This document shows positions 47,486-57,852 of a stretch of 64,000 nt of DNA, piece after piece. Positions within the stretch are counted from its first letter, which is position 1. Each line of letters begins with the position of its first letter. The stretch comes from an uncultured Chitinophagaceae bacterium (GTDB taxonomy: Bacteria > Bacteroidota > Bacteroidia > Chitinophagales > Chitinophagaceae), in the NCBI GenBank assembly GCA_964624205.1, contig CAZUWX010000008.1, forward strand, positions 10,086-74,085, written 5' to 3'. Both the position numbers and the translations under genes were made by a program. The notes beneath the pieces are model-generated. The model had not been told where the DNA came from. It searched no databases and was given only the letters and a program-made list of their open reading frames with translations.

Positions 47486-50047
47486 ATGAAAAGATTAATG
47501 GCAGTAGCAGGTGTTCTTCTTTCCTTTGTGGCATTTGGTCAGCAGCCTGCGAGAGGCGGAGCCCGACCCGAGATGAATACCGGGAGGTTCTTTGGACGGA
47601 TCGTTGACAGTAAAACCGAAAAAGGAGTGGACGCCGCATCGGTGTTATTGACGATGTCGAAAGTCGACCCCACCACAAAGGCAAAAACCGATACCGTGGT
47701 GGGCGGCATGCTTACCCGCAAATCCGGCGAGTTTAGCTTGGAAAACCTTCCCGTTATGGGGCAGTTCACCCTCTCGGTGACGGCAATCGGCTATGAGCTC
47801 TTCGAAATCCCCCTCGTTTTCGACAGGAAAAGCGGAGCCGATCAGGACCTGGGCAATCTCCGGCTCGAACTGGCTGCCGAGCTCCTGGAAGCGGTAACGA
47901 TCTCCGGCGAAAAACCCCTGATGCAGATGGGCATCGATCGAAAGATATTTAATGTAGACAAGAATATCAACTCCGCTGGTGGAACAGCGGTGGACGTCAT
48001 GCGCAACATCCCTGCCCTGAACGTGGACATCGATGGAAACGTGACCCTCCGTAACTCCGCCCCGCAGATATTCGTAGACGGCAGGCCGTCCACGCTGACG
48101 CTGGAGCAGATCCCTTCCGATGCAATTGAGAGTGTGGAAATGATCACAAACCCGTCAGCCAAGTTCGACGCTAGTACAGGACAGGCGGGCATCCTGAACA
48201 TTGTGCTGAAAAAGAACAGAAAGATCGGTTACAATGGTGGTGTCCGGGCAGGAGTCGATTCGCGGGGGCGGCTGAACGCCGGAGGTGACATCAATGTTCG
48301 CCAGGGGAAGGTCAACGTGTTCGCCAGCGCCTTTCTGAACCAACGTAAGTCTAAAAGCTGGGGCGAAACAGATCGGGTGAACCTTGCTGATGATCCGCAC
48401 ACCAGCACTTTTCAGCGCAATGACGGAATTTCGAGCGGCAGCTTCGGTTTCACACGTTTCGGACTCGACTTCTTCGCCAATAACCGCAATACTTTTTCCA
48501 TCACGCAGAGTATCATGGGCGGAAATTTTAAATCGGATAACCTCAACAACCTTATATATCGTACCGCCGGGGCGCCGGATCTTGAATCGCAATACCGTAA
48601 TACACTGGGCGACCGTAATTTCCGAAATTACACCACCACCCTGGGCTATAAGCATGTTTTCCCGCAGACGGGAAGGGAGCTGACGGCAGACGTCAACTAT
48701 AGCCACTCTCCCAACTCCGGCTTTTCCGATATCTATATCCGGTCGTTCAGCGATCTGGAACAGCAGGACCCTAAATTTCCCGAACAATTGCAGCAGATCA
48801 CCAATGGCGGCAGCAATGAGTATATTGTGGTGCAGGCCGATTACGTGCATCCCCTGAATGAAAAGATGAAATGGGAAGCGGGGCTGCGCTCACAAACCCG
48901 CACCTCATCCAGTAACCAGCGTAACTACCTGAACGGTATTTCCAGGCCCTCGCTGGATAACGATTTTCAGTACACCGACAATGTATATGCGGCCTACGGC
49001 ATTTTTTCGCAGAAAATAAACGACGGACTAAGCTACCAGGTGGGTTTACGGGCGGAAAGCTCTAACTATACAGGGGAGCAGGTCGGCAAGGCCGCTTACC
49101 AGAATGATTTCCCCCTGAGCCTCTTTCCCAGCGTTTTCTTTACCAAAAACATCGGCGAAAACCAGGACCTGCAACTCAACTACAGCCGGAAGATCAACCG
49201 GCCGAACTTTTTCCAACTGATGCCGAATACGGATTTCTCCGATACCCTGAACCTGCAAACGGGTAACCCGGGGCTGCGTCCGGAATTTACCCATTCGCTC
49301 GAACTATCCTACCAGAAGATCTATGGAGAGCGGAACAACACGTTCCTGGTGAACCTGTTCGGGAAGGCCACCACGGATCTGATCGCGCGATACCAAAGCC
49401 TCGAACCCATCGGAGACACCAGCGCCTTTGTGTCTACCTGGATCAATGCCAACACTGCTTACGCCGCAGGGGTAGAGCTGATCTTCAATAACAAGCTGAC
49501 CGACTGGTGGGAGCTGAATTTCAACACCAATATCTATTATTCGAAAATAAACGGAAGCAATGTTGTTCCCGATCTGGAAAACGAGCGAATCAGCTCCTTC
49601 TCCAAGATCAACAACACATTCAAAATAAACAAAACCTGGAGTGTGCAACTCAGTGGCAACTACCAGTCGCGCAGCGCGCTGCCCGTGTCTACAAGCAATA
49701 GCGGCGGTGGTGGCGGCAGGGGCGGCGGCTACATGGGAGGCCCCCCGTCCAGCACCCAGGGTTATATTGAGGCCAACTACAGCATCGACCTCGGCGTGCG
49801 GAAAGATTTTAAGATCCGGAAGAACCAGGCTTCGCTTTCCCTCAACGTCAGCGACCTGCTGCGCAGCCGGATATATTCCGTACACTCGGCTTCTTCGATT
49901 TTCCTGCAGGACGAATGGAGAAGAAGAGACGCACAGATGGTCCGGCTGAATTTCAGCTACCGGTTTGGCAAATTCGACGCCAGCCTGTTCAAACGCCGGA
50001 ACACGCGGAGCGAGGGCGGAAACATGCAGGGAATGGACGGCATGTAG
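47486..50047 (+). CDS. TonB-dependent receptor-like outer-membrane beta-barrel protein (CarboxypepD_reg domain, plug, barrel)
   Basis: 853 aa. It has a signal peptide, FFGRIVDSKTEKGVDAASVLL, and the plug region DVMRNIPALNVDIDGNVTLRNSAPQIFVDGRPS. It also has a Gly-rich loop SNSGGGGGRGGGYMGG and a terminal strand LNFSYRFGKF. Confidence 0.88.
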   Translation: MKRLMAVAGVLLSFVAFGQQPARGGARPEMNTGRFFGRIVDSKTEKGVDAASVLLTMSKVDPTTKAKTDTVVGGMLTRKSGEFSLENLPVMGQFTLSVTAIGYELFEIPLVFDRKSGADQDLGNLRLELAAELLEAVTISGEKPLMQMGIDRKIFNVDKNINSAGGTAVDVMRNIPALNVDIDGNVTLRNSAPQIFVDGRPSTLTLEQIPSDAIESVEMITNPSAKFDASTGQAGILNIVLKKNRKIGYNGGVRAGVDSRGRLNAGGDINVRQGKVNVFASAFLNQRKSKSWGETDRVNLADDPHTSTFQRNDGISSGSFGFTRFGLDFFANNRNTFSITQSIMGGNFKSDNLNNLIYRTAGAPDLESQYRNTLGDRNFRNYTTTLGYKHVFPQTGRELTADVNYSHSPNSGFSDIYIRSFSDLEQQDPKFPEQLQQITNGGSNEYIVVQADYVHPLNEKMKWEAGLRSQTRTSSSNQRNYLNGISRPSLDNDFQYTDNVYAAYGIFSQKINDGLSYQVGLRAESSNYTGEQVGKAAYQNDFPLSLFPSVFFTKNIGENQDLQLNYSRKINRPNFFQLMPNTDFSDTLNLQTGNPGLRPEFTHSLELSYQKIYGERNNTFLVNLFGKATTDLIARYQSLEPIGDTSAFVSTWINANTAYAAGVELIFNNKLTDWWELNFNTNIYYSKINGSNVVPDLENERISSFSKINNTFKINKTWSVQLSGNYQSRSALPVSTSNSGGGGGRGGGYMGGPPSSTQGYIEANYSIDLGVRKDFKIRKNQASLSLNVSDLLRSRIYSVHSASSIFLQDEWRRRDAQMVRLNFSYRFGKFDASLFKRRNTRSEGGNMQGMDGM

Positions 50048-50101
50048 CACCGGGAGAGCCGCTCAAATGATAAAAAAAACTTATAATTCGATCAAATAAA
50101 G

Positions 50102-50134
50102 CCGGGGCAAGGGGCCATTGCGACCTTGCCCCGG
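50102..50134 (+). terminator. GC-rich hairpin downstream of the receptor gene
   Basis: CCGGGGCAAGG-ggccattgcga-CCTTGCCCCGG forms an 11-bp perfect stem. The tail is only ttgtgg, so intrinsic termination is uncertain. Confidence 0.45.
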
Positions 50135-50317
50135 TTGTGGATAAAGATGGGCCAGGAGCCGGCCCGGGGGCTTTCAAACCCCACTCCTCTACGCTAATAA
50201 CCCGCCGTAATACGCACGTATACTGCCTTGCCGGCGCTGTTGTGAATTTTTTATTTTCGCCGTTATACACTAAACTTGCACGCCAAGAGGGTCTATTTTA
50301 AACAGTTATCACACAGT

Positions 50318-52660
50318 ATGGCAAAGAATCTATTGATAGTGGAGTCGCCCGCAAAAGCCAAAACCATAGAAAAGATACTTGGCGAGGAATTCGAGGTGAA
50401 AAGTTGCTATGGTCATATCCGCGACCTGAAAAAGGAAGAAATGGGTATCGACCTGAAGAACCATTATCAGCCTTCTTATATCGTTCCGGAAGACAAGGAA
50501 AAAATAGTGAAGGAGCTCAAACAAATTTCCAAAAAGTCCAAGGAAGTCTGGCTTGCCACGGATGAGGATCGCGAAGGAGAAGCCATAAGCTGGCACCTTT
50601 GCGAGGTGCTGGGGCTCGACCCCGCCACCACTAAACGGATCGTTTTCCATGAGATCACCAAACCTGCTATACAGGCGGCCATCCAGCGGCCCAGGATGGT
50701 AGATATGAACCTGGTGCACGCGCAGCAGGCCCGCCGGGTGCTCGACCGGATTGTGGGTTTTGAGCTGTCACCCGTGCTCTGGCGCAAGATGAGCATGAAG
50801 AACAATCTCAGTGCGGGGCGCGTACAAAGCGTGGCGGTGCGTATCATTGCCGAGCGGGAACGGGAGATCAATGCCTTTGTGCCCGTCAGCACCTTCCGCG
50901 TGGAAGCCCTGTTCACAGCCAGGGATCTTTCGGATAAAGCGGTGAATTTCACTGCAGAAGGAAAAAAATATCAGGACGGCCCCTCCGCAGAGGCCTTTTT
51001 GCAATCCTGCGTGGACGCACTATACACTGTTTCAGACATACAGGTAAAGCCTGCTAAAAAGACGCCGGCCGCTCCTTTCACCACCTCTACCCTGCAACAG
51101 GAAGCCAGCCGTAAACTCGGCTATTCCGTGGCAAGGACCATGATTCTGGCCCAGAAACTATACGAAAGCGGGAAGATCACCTACATGCGTACCGACAGTG
51201 TCAACCTGAGCGAAACTGCAATGGACGGGATCCGCGGACAAATTGGCCAGCAATACGGGGATCGTTATTTTCAAGCCCGGAAGTTCAAGAATAAGAACGA
51301 ATCTGCCCAGGAGGCGCACGAAGCCATTCGCCCCACTTATATGGAGAATGCTACCGTGGAAGACTCGGACACGAGAAGATTGTATGAGCTGATCTGGAAA
51401 AGGACCATGGCAAGCCAGATGGCCGATGCCGAATTGGAGCGAACCATTGCGAAGATCAGCATCTCTACCAATAAAGAAGAGCTGACCGCGCAGGGCGAAG
51501 TGCTGAAATTCGACGGCTTCCTGAAAGTGTACCGGGAAGACCGGGATGAAGGGGATCAGTCCGAGGAAGACCGCAACGAAGGCATGCTGCCACCACTGTC
51601 CGTGCAGCAGCAACTCCCCCTCAAAGAAATGCGGGCAACCGAACGGTACAGCCGGCCGCAGCCACGATACACCGAAGCATCACTGGTAAAAAAGCTGGAA
51701 GAGCTGGGCATCGGCCGGCCCTCCACCTATGCGCCTACTATCTCCACCATCCTGAAAAGAGGATACGTGGAAAAAAGAGATAAAGAAGGGGTGAAAAGAA
51801 TGTTCAGTGTACTGCGGCTCAAAGACGGAAAGATCAGCACAGAAAAAGAGGAAGAAACGACCGGCGCGGAAAAATCAAAACTATTTCCTACCGACCTGGG
51901 GCTGGTGGTAACCGATTTTCTGAAAATCCACTTCGATAATATAATGGACTACCACTTCACGGCGCGTATTGAAGAGGATTTCGATGAAGTAGCAGCGGGA
52001 AAGCTGAAGTGGAACAAAATGATCGACGATTTCTACAATCCGTTCAAGACCGATGTGGAGCACACCATTGAGAATGCAGAACGCATAAAAGGGGAGCGAG
52101 AACTAGGGGTAGACCCGGAGAGCGGGAAAAAAGTGATCGCCCGGATGGGCCGGTACGGCCCAATGGTCCAGATCGGCGACGTAAGCGACGAAGAAAAGCC
52201 CAAATTCGCCAAACTGAAGAATACGCAGAGCATCGAAACGATCTCTTTCGACGAAGCCATGGAGTTGTTTAAGCTGCCCCGCAACCTGGGCCAGTTCGAG
52301 GAAACGGATGTAACGGTGAGCATCGGCCGGTTCGGCCCTTATATCGCACACGATAAAAAGTTCTACTCGCTTGGCAAGGAGTTGGATCCCTATACTATTA
52401 CCCTGGAAGAGGCGACTCCTATCATCGTGGAAAAACGAAAAGCCAAAGAAGAGCGCACCATCAAAATATTCGAGAAGGAAAAGATCCAACTGCTCCGCGG
52501 TCCGTACGGCCCTTACATCAAGCAGGGCCTGCGCAATTACAAGATCCCCAAGGAGGCCCAGGAGCGTGTGAACGAACTGGAAATCGAAGAAGTGAAAAAG
52601 CTGATCGAAGAAGCCAAGGCCAATCCCCCCAAAAAATCGTTCAGGAAGAAAAAAAAATAG
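50318..52660 (+). CDS. topA: DNA topoisomerase I (type IA)
   Basis: Track ORF 50276..52660. The likely start is the ATG at 50318 (MAKNLLIVESPAKAKTIEKILG, Toprim). It also has ATDEDREGEAISWH and the active-site region ITYMRTDS, with a Lys-rich tail. Confidence 0.96.
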   Translation: MAKNLLIVESPAKAKTIEKILGEEFEVKSCYGHIRDLKKEEMGIDLKNHYQPSYIVPEDKEKIVKELKQISKKSKEVWLATDEDREGEAISWHLCEVLGLDPATTKRIVFHEITKPAIQAAIQRPRMVDMNLVHAQQARRVLDRIVGFELSPVLWRKMSMKNNLSAGRVQSVAVRIIAEREREINAFVPVSTFRVEALFTARDLSDKAVNFTAEGKKYQDGPSAEAFLQSCVDALYTVSDIQVKPAKKTPAAPFTTSTLQQEASRKLGYSVARTMILAQKLYESGKITYMRTDSVNLSETAMDGIRGQIGQQYGDRYFQARKFKNKNESAQEAHEAIRPTYMENATVEDSDTRRLYELIWKRTMASQMADAELERTIAKISISTNKEELTAQGEVLKFDGFLKVYREDRDEGDQSEEDRNEGMLPPLSVQQQLPLKEMRATERYSRPQPRYTEASLVKKLEELGIGRPSTYAPTISTILKRGYVEKRDKEGVKRMFSVLRLKDGKISTEKEEETTGAEKSKLFPTDLGLVVTDFLKIHFDNIMDYHFTARIEEDFDEVAAGKLKWNKMIDDFYNPFKTDVEHTIENAERIKGERELGVDPESGKKVIARMGRYGPMVQIGDVSDEEKPKFAKLKNTQSIETISFDEAMELFKLPRNLGQFEETDVTVSIGRFGPYIAHDKKFYSLGKELDPYTITLEEATPIIVEKRKAKEERTIKIFEKEKIQLLRGPYGPYIKQGLRNYKIPKEAQERVNELEIEEVKKLIEEAKANPPKKSFRKKKK

Positions 52661-52692
52661 CTGAGCGTGCTGTGCTTTGAATCCGGTCATTT

Positions 52693-53256
52693 ATGCGCTA
52701 TTTTGCAGCCATAAACAGCCCCATGATCCGATTCGGCTTCCAGCTCACCCGGGAAGAATATTTCCGGTTCAATTATTATACAGCCTGGGCTTCGCCGCAG
52801 CGCAGACCCTACCGGCTGCGCTATTTTGCTCGGGTGATATTTTTTTATTCTGCCGTCGCGCTGTTGTATTTGATCTCCAGGCAGTCTCCCCTCTTTTGGA
52901 TCGATATCACGGTGTTTGCCGTAGTGGGGTTAATCTATCTGCTGCTCACGCCGATACTCATCCGCTGGTCGGTACGAAGAAAAGTGGCAGAGATCCTTTC
53001 CCGGAAAGAAAATCAGCATGTGCTCGAGAATGCCGAGATCATTCTTTCTGAGTCCGGCATCATCGACCGCGACGCGGTTTCCGAAAGCAAATACTCCTGG
53101 GACGCCATCGTCCGCTACGCCGAGACCGAAGACAGTCACTATCTGTATACGAACAGCTACTATGCAATCGTTATACCCAAGCGAGTGATCCCGACGGAGA
53201 CCGATCGCCGGGAGATGGAGCAGTTGCTGGCAGTTCATCTGCCCTTGCAGGCATAG
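52693..53256 (+). CDS. YcxB-like membrane protein (hypothetical)
   Basis: 187 aa. Two central TM helices are followed by a soluble C-terminal part (W..I....ET....YLY.......IPKR), reminiscent of the YcxB-like family. An alternative start is the ATG at 52723. Confidence 0.5.
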   Translation: MRYFAAINSPMIRFGFQLTREEYFRFNYYTAWASPQRRPYRLRYFARVIFFYSAVALLYLISRQSPLFWIDITVFAVVGLIYLLLTPILIRWSVRRKVAEILSRKENQHVLENAEIILSESGIIDRDAVSESKYSWDAIVRYAETEDSHYLYTNSYYAIVIPKRVIPTETDRREMEQLLAVHLPLQA

Positions 53257-53365
53257 TTTTATCAGTTGTATTATATGAACATTCCGGAGGAGGTTGTGGA
53301 AAAGATTATACCGCCCTTTTCTAAAGTTCAGCGATATTGATAGTTCATTTATCCAACCATTGATT

Positions 53366-54235
53366 ATGGAAGAAAACAGGGAAATAAATGCCTTACTCCA
53401 CCTGATCGATGATCCTGACGAAGAAGTGTTTGGTGTGGTATCGAACCGGATCATAGACTTTGGCAAGGGGATTATTCCCAACCTGGAAAATCTCTGGGAG
53501 AACACCATCAGTGAAGACGTGCAGGGAAGGATCGAACTGCTGATTCACCGGCTACACTACCGCGACCTGTCGGATGAGCTGGGGGAATGGAGCCGCAATA
53601 TCCATCAGGACCTGCTCACCGGAGCCTTGCTGGTGGCAAGATTCCAATACCCGGAACTATCGGTTTCCCAGGTGTATCAGGACATTGAAAAATTGCGGAG
53701 AAATATATGGCTGGAGCTGAACACCTATCTTACCCCGCTCGAGCAGGTGAACGTAGTGACCAGCATCCTGTACAATTATTTCAATATTAAAGGAACGGAG
53801 GTGGGTTATCATCAGCCGGAAGAGTTCCTGATCAACCGCCAACTAGAATCGAAACGCGGGAATGCCATCGCCAATGGCATCCTTTACCTGGTGCTGAGCG
53901 AACTCCTGGACATTCCGGTAAAAGCGATCAACATTCCACGGCAGTTTGTCCTCAGCTATTTTAAACCGGACTACGATTTCACCCGGCATGCAGAAGACCA
54001 GATGTACACATCCGAATTCTTCATCGATCCGATCAGCGGGCAGGTGTTTACGCATCAGGATATCGAAACCTATTTCTCCAGGATCAACACACAGCCCACC
54101 CCTGCCTATTTTAAGCCCATTGACAATAAACGTATCATCCAACTGCTGCTGGAAGAGTTCAGTAAGTGTTTCATGGAAGAAAAAGACCAATACAAGAAGG
54201 ATGAACTTCTTGCATTGGCCGCATTATTAGACTGA
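53366..54235 (+). CDS. transglutaminase-like (SirB1/Transglut_core2-type) family protein
   Basis: The track ORF starts at a GTG at 53294. The ATG at 53366 (MEENREINALLHLIDDPDEEVF) is more plausible. The core RGNAIANGILYLVLSELLDIPVKAINIPRQFVLSYF matches the family pattern as I recall it. Confidence 0.7.
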   Translation: MEENREINALLHLIDDPDEEVFGVVSNRIIDFGKGIIPNLENLWENTISEDVQGRIELLIHRLHYRDLSDELGEWSRNIHQDLLTGALLVARFQYPELSVSQVYQDIEKLRRNIWLELNTYLTPLEQVNVVTSILYNYFNIKGTEVGYHQPEEFLINRQLESKRGNAIANGILYLVLSELLDIPVKAINIPRQFVLSYFKPDYDFTRHAEDQMYTSEFFIDPISGQVFTHQDIETYFSRINTQPTPAYFKPIDNKRIIQLLLEEFSKCFMEEKDQYKKDELLALAALLD

Positions 54236-54259
54236 TCTCGAACAGATTTATCTTGAACC

Positions 54260-55678
54260 CTATAAAACAAGCTTCCAGCCGTCGCGATATTCACGCTTTA
54301 CATACTGGTTAGCCGGATCAAAATTGGTGATCTTCAGGTTCTTGGTATCCCAGAGTAATTTTTTCCTTCCGGGATAGCCTTTGGAATCCCTGATCTGCCA
54401 GCTTCGGATAGCCAGGTTGCTGATCAGAAGACTTTCTGTGAACGGTCCAGCAAATTCGAAAGGCGAGCTGGTCTTTCCTTTTCCATAACCCGCTACACAG
54501 GCATTCACCCATTGCAGCCAATGCCCTTCCGGAACACGCTGGATCTTTTGGGGAACGGATTTCACATCGTTCTGCTCATTCCTGGTGAGGGGCAGCAGGC
54601 GGGGATTGGCCCCGTAACAGTCTGCAAGCAGCTTGCCCTTTGTACCGATAAACAGCACGCCTCCGTCGGAATTTCCAAAAGCTTCTCCCGGCTGAAGCTC
54701 TTCAGGACGCTCAGGCAGGATACCACCATCGTACCAGCTTACCTTGATATGTCCCTTACCATCGGTACGGGGATATTTCAGGTGAATGGTAGAAGCCGCC
54801 GGGGCGCTATCGGAGGTATCTGCGGCCTGAAATACACCGGTCCAGGTTGTAGAAGCACTGCACTCTACCGATTCGGGATAATCTATAGGCAGTATCCGGT
54901 AAATCGGATCCATAATATGGCAGGCCATATCGCCCAGTGCGCCGGTACCGAAATTCCACCATCCTCGCCAGTTAAACGGCAGGTAGGCCGGGTTATAATC
55001 GATATAAGGAGCGGTGCCCAGCCAGAGATTCCAGTCAAGCTCTTTGGGAGCGTCATACTTGCCAGTGGGAGTGGCAATACCCTGTGGCCAGACAGGCCGG
55101 TTCGTCCAGGACTGTACGGTATGCACTTCACCGATCAGTCCCGCATCGTAAAGTTCCTGCATTCTGCGAACGCCGTCGCCGGAGCCACCCTGATTACCCA
55201 TCTGGGTGATCACCTTGTATTTTTTCGCCGCCTGCGTCAACACCCGCGCCTCATAAATATCATGGGTAAGAGGCTTTTGGGTGTACACGTGCTTGCCCAA
55301 CTGCATGGCGGCCAGCGTTGCCACCGCATGCGTATGATCGGGCGTAGAGATCGTACAGGCGTCTACGTTCTTATTTTCTTTTTCAAGCATCTCACGGAAA
55401 TCCTTGTAGTATTTCGCCTTGGGGAACGAGGCGCGGGATTTGACCGATTGCCTGTCGTCCACATCCACCAACGCCACAATATTGACGTTCGGGCTCTTGG
55501 CTACGGTTGCGACATCGTTTCCGCCCATGCCACCTACACCGATACCGGCTATATTGAGTTTGTCACTGGGCGCAACATACCCTCGTCCCAATACGTGCCG
55601 GGGCACGATCATCATCCCGGCACCAGCCAATGCAGTGTTTTTCAGGAAATTCCTTCGAGAAGCTCTGTTTTTTTTCAT
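54260..55678 (-). CDS. Gfo/Idh/MocA-family oxidoreductase with a twin-arginine (Tat) signal
   Basis: MKKNRASRRNFLKNTALAGAGMMIVP (SRRxFLK), then the Rossmann motif LNIAGIGVGGMGGNDV and VYTQKPL. Confidence 0.88.
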   Translation of the reverse strand: MKKNRASRRNFLKNTALAGAGMMIVPRHVLGRGYVAPSDKLNIAGIGVGGMGGNDVATVAKSPNVNIVALVDVDDRQSVKSRASFPKAKYYKDFREMLEKENKNVDACTISTPDHTHAVATLAAMQLGKHVYTQKPLTHDIYEARVLTQAAKKYKVITQMGNQGGSGDGVRRMQELYDAGLIGEVHTVQSWTNRPVWPQGIATPTGKYDAPKELDWNLWLGTAPYIDYNPAYLPFNWRGWWNFGTGALGDMACHIMDPIYRILPIDYPESVECSASTTWTGVFQAADTSDSAPAASTIHLKYPRTDGKGHIKVSWYDGGILPERPEELQPGEAFGNSDGGVLFIGTKGKLLADCYGANPRLLPLTRNEQNDVKSVPQKIQRVPEGHWLQWVNACVAGYGKGKTSSPFEFAGPFTESLLISNLAIRSWQIRDSKGYPGRKKLLWDTKNLKITNFDPANQYVKREYRDGWKLVL

Positions 55679-55800
55679 TTGTTTAATTTTTATTTTTTAA
55701 GGCTGGCAACAGCTATCCCTACCCAGACGAAAAAAAATTGTCAGAGGAGGTATTGGTGCATAAAACTCTGATCACCGACTGTTTTAATTAGTAGCCGTTA

Positions 55801-56214
55801 TTATTGGAGTAAAGCTGCGTCCAGGGTGATATTGATGCCGAGCGCCTTGCTCACGGGGCAGTTCTCTTTTGCATCCGCTGCCGCTTCCTGGAATTTATCG
55901 GCGCTGATACCCGAAACTTTTACCTTAACCGTAAGATGTGAAGAGGTGATCACCCCCCCAGCCAGTTCCACTGCCGAAGTAGCTTCTATTGATTCAGGTG
56001 TTACACCCGCCTCCCCCAATACAAAGCTCAGCTTCATCGCGTAGCAGCCCGCATGTGCAGCGGCTATCAATTCCTCCGGATTGGTGCCGGTGCCCTCTTC
56101 GAACCTCGACTTATAAGAATATTGTACATTGCTGAGCGTGGTGCTTTGGGTACTGAGGTTTCCTTTTCCTTCCTTCCCGGAACCATTCCAAACTGCGGTC
56201 GCCGTTCTTTTCAT
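55801..56214 (-). CDS. osmC: OsmC-subfamily peroxiredoxin
   Basis: MKRTATAVWNGSGKEGKGNLS.....Y....RFEEGTGTNPEELIAAAHAGCYAM...CPVSKAL is the typical OsmC pattern with both Cys residues. Confidence 0.85.
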   Translation of the reverse strand: MKRTATAVWNGSGKEGKGNLSTQSTTLSNVQYSYKSRFEEGTGTNPEELIAAAHAGCYAMKLSFVLGEAGVTPESIEATSAVELAGGVITSSHLTVKVKVSGISADKFQEAAADAKENCPVSKALGINITLDAALLQ

Positions 56215-56392
56215 ATCATAAAATATTTAATGGTAAATAAAAATTGAACTAAAAATACGAAATACGCCTCATCCAATTCCAATTAATTCAAATACTTTTA
56301 GCGTCCGATATATTTTCAATGTAGAAACGGCCTGATTCCCGGGAACAGGAGCGCAAGCCGGATCTTATAGCAATAGTAAAAAATACCAACGC

Positions 56393-57385
56393 ATGTTGTT
56401 TAAAGCACTGCGGGTTACAGAAACTCCGTCCGGCGTGTTCGACCGTTCCGTTGCAAAACTGAACATAGATGATCTTCCCCCGGGTGAATTGCTGGTGAGG
56501 GTGCATTATTCAGCGCTTAACTATAAGGATGCGCTTTCCGCAACAGGCAATAAAGGTATTACCCGGCACTATCCCCATACTCCCGGCATCGACGCTGCCG
56601 GCATCGTTGAGCTGAGTAGAAATGAAATGTTTTCAGCAGGGGAAGAAGTGATCGTGATGGGCCACGACCTCGGCATGAATACACCGGGTGGCTTTGCCGA
56701 ATACATACGGGTACCCGCACAATGGGCGTTTCTCAAACCCGATGAACTTTCCCTCGCCGAATGTATGACCATCGGAACAGCGGGATTCACGGCAGCACTG
56801 GCCCTGCATAAAATGGAGCGGATGGGGCAGCACCCTTCCATGGGTCCCATTGTAGTCACGGGAGCCACGGGGGGGGTGGGTAGCATGGCTGTGGCCCTGC
56901 TTACCAGGGCCGGTTACCAGGTAACCGCTGTAACCGGAAAACAAAATGCCCGGGAGTATCTCGAATTTCTCGGGGCAACGAGTATTGAAGACCGCGAATT
57001 TGTGAACGACCAGTCGGGCAAATCGCTGTTGCGCAGCCGGTGGGGCGGCGCGGTCGATACCGTGGGCGGGAATACGCTGCATACATTACTGAAGGGCTGC
57101 GCCGCCACGGGGAGCGTTGTCAGCACCGGAATGGTCGGCGATCCTACCCTGCAAGCAACGGTTTTTCCTTTTATCCTGAATGGTATTAACCTGCTGGGGG
57201 TTGGTTCTGCAGACACACCTGCGGAAACGCGGAAACTGATATGGAGCCGTCTCACGGGCGACTGGAATATCAAAGAGAAGTTCCAGGCCATCGCCAGGGA
57301 GGTGAGCCTGGAAGAGGTCAGTAACACCTATATCGATGCCATGCTGCAGGGGAAAATCATGGGTAGGATAGTGATCAAAATGTAA
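56393..57385 (+). CDS. YhdH/AcuI-type NADPH:quinone / acrylyl-CoA reductase (MDR family)
   Basis: VRVHYSALNYKDALSATGNKGITRHYPHTPGIDAAGIV and VTGATGGVGSMAV are colinear with E. coli YhdH as I recall it. Confidence 0.88.
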   Translation: MLFKALRVTETPSGVFDRSVAKLNIDDLPPGELLVRVHYSALNYKDALSATGNKGITRHYPHTPGIDAAGIVELSRNEMFSAGEEVIVMGHDLGMNTPGGFAEYIRVPAQWAFLKPDELSLAECMTIGTAGFTAALALHKMERMGQHPSMGPIVVTGATGGVGSMAVALLTRAGYQVTAVTGKQNAREYLEFLGATSIEDREFVNDQSGKSLLRSRWGGAVDTVGGNTLHTLLKGCAATGSVVSTGMVGDPTLQATVFPFILNGINLLGVGSADTPAETRKLIWSRLTGDWNIKEKFQAIAREVSLEEVSNTYIDAMLQGKIMGRIVIKM

Positions 57386-57848
57386 ATGAAAGGGGCATCA
57401 AAGCAGATGCATCCGGGATCACCCAGATCCTGCCTTCCATACCTCCCAGTACCAGCCTGACAGGTAACCCGCTGCGTTGCTGTACTTCCTGTAGCGACTG
57501 GCGGCAGACGCCACAGGGAGTGACGGGATGGTCACTGGCATGCCGGAGGGAGCGATAGCTGATGGCGAGCGCCGCAACGGGCACGCCGGGGTACAGGGAG
57601 GCTGCCGCTGAGAGCGCTACCCTTTCGGCACAGAGTCCCGCGGGAAAAGAAACATTCTCCTGGTTGCCCGCAGTAACCACCGCACCGTTCAACAATCTCG
57701 CCGCAGCACCCACGCTGAATCCCGAATACCGGGCATCAGCCTTGGCAGTTGCCGCCTGCGCTTCCTGCAGTAACCGGAGATCTTCTGTGTCCAGTTCGGA
57801 GGCCCCGGAATACACCAGGTAGCTAAACTGGTAGGACTGTTGCTGCAC
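57375..57848 (-). CDS. cdd: cytidine deaminase
   Basis: Zinc motifs CAERVAL and PCGVCRQ. 157 aa. Its start lies 4 bp downstream of the lepB stop. Confidence 0.88.
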   Translation of the reverse strand: MQQQSYQFSYLVYSGASELDTEDLRLLQEAQAATAKADARYSGFSVGAAARLLNGAVVTAGNQENVSFPAGLCAERVALSAAASLYPGVPVAALAISYRSLRHASDHPVTPCGVCRQSLQEVQQRSGLPVRLVLGGMEGRIWVIPDASALMPLSFTF

Positions 57849-57852
57849 TGGT

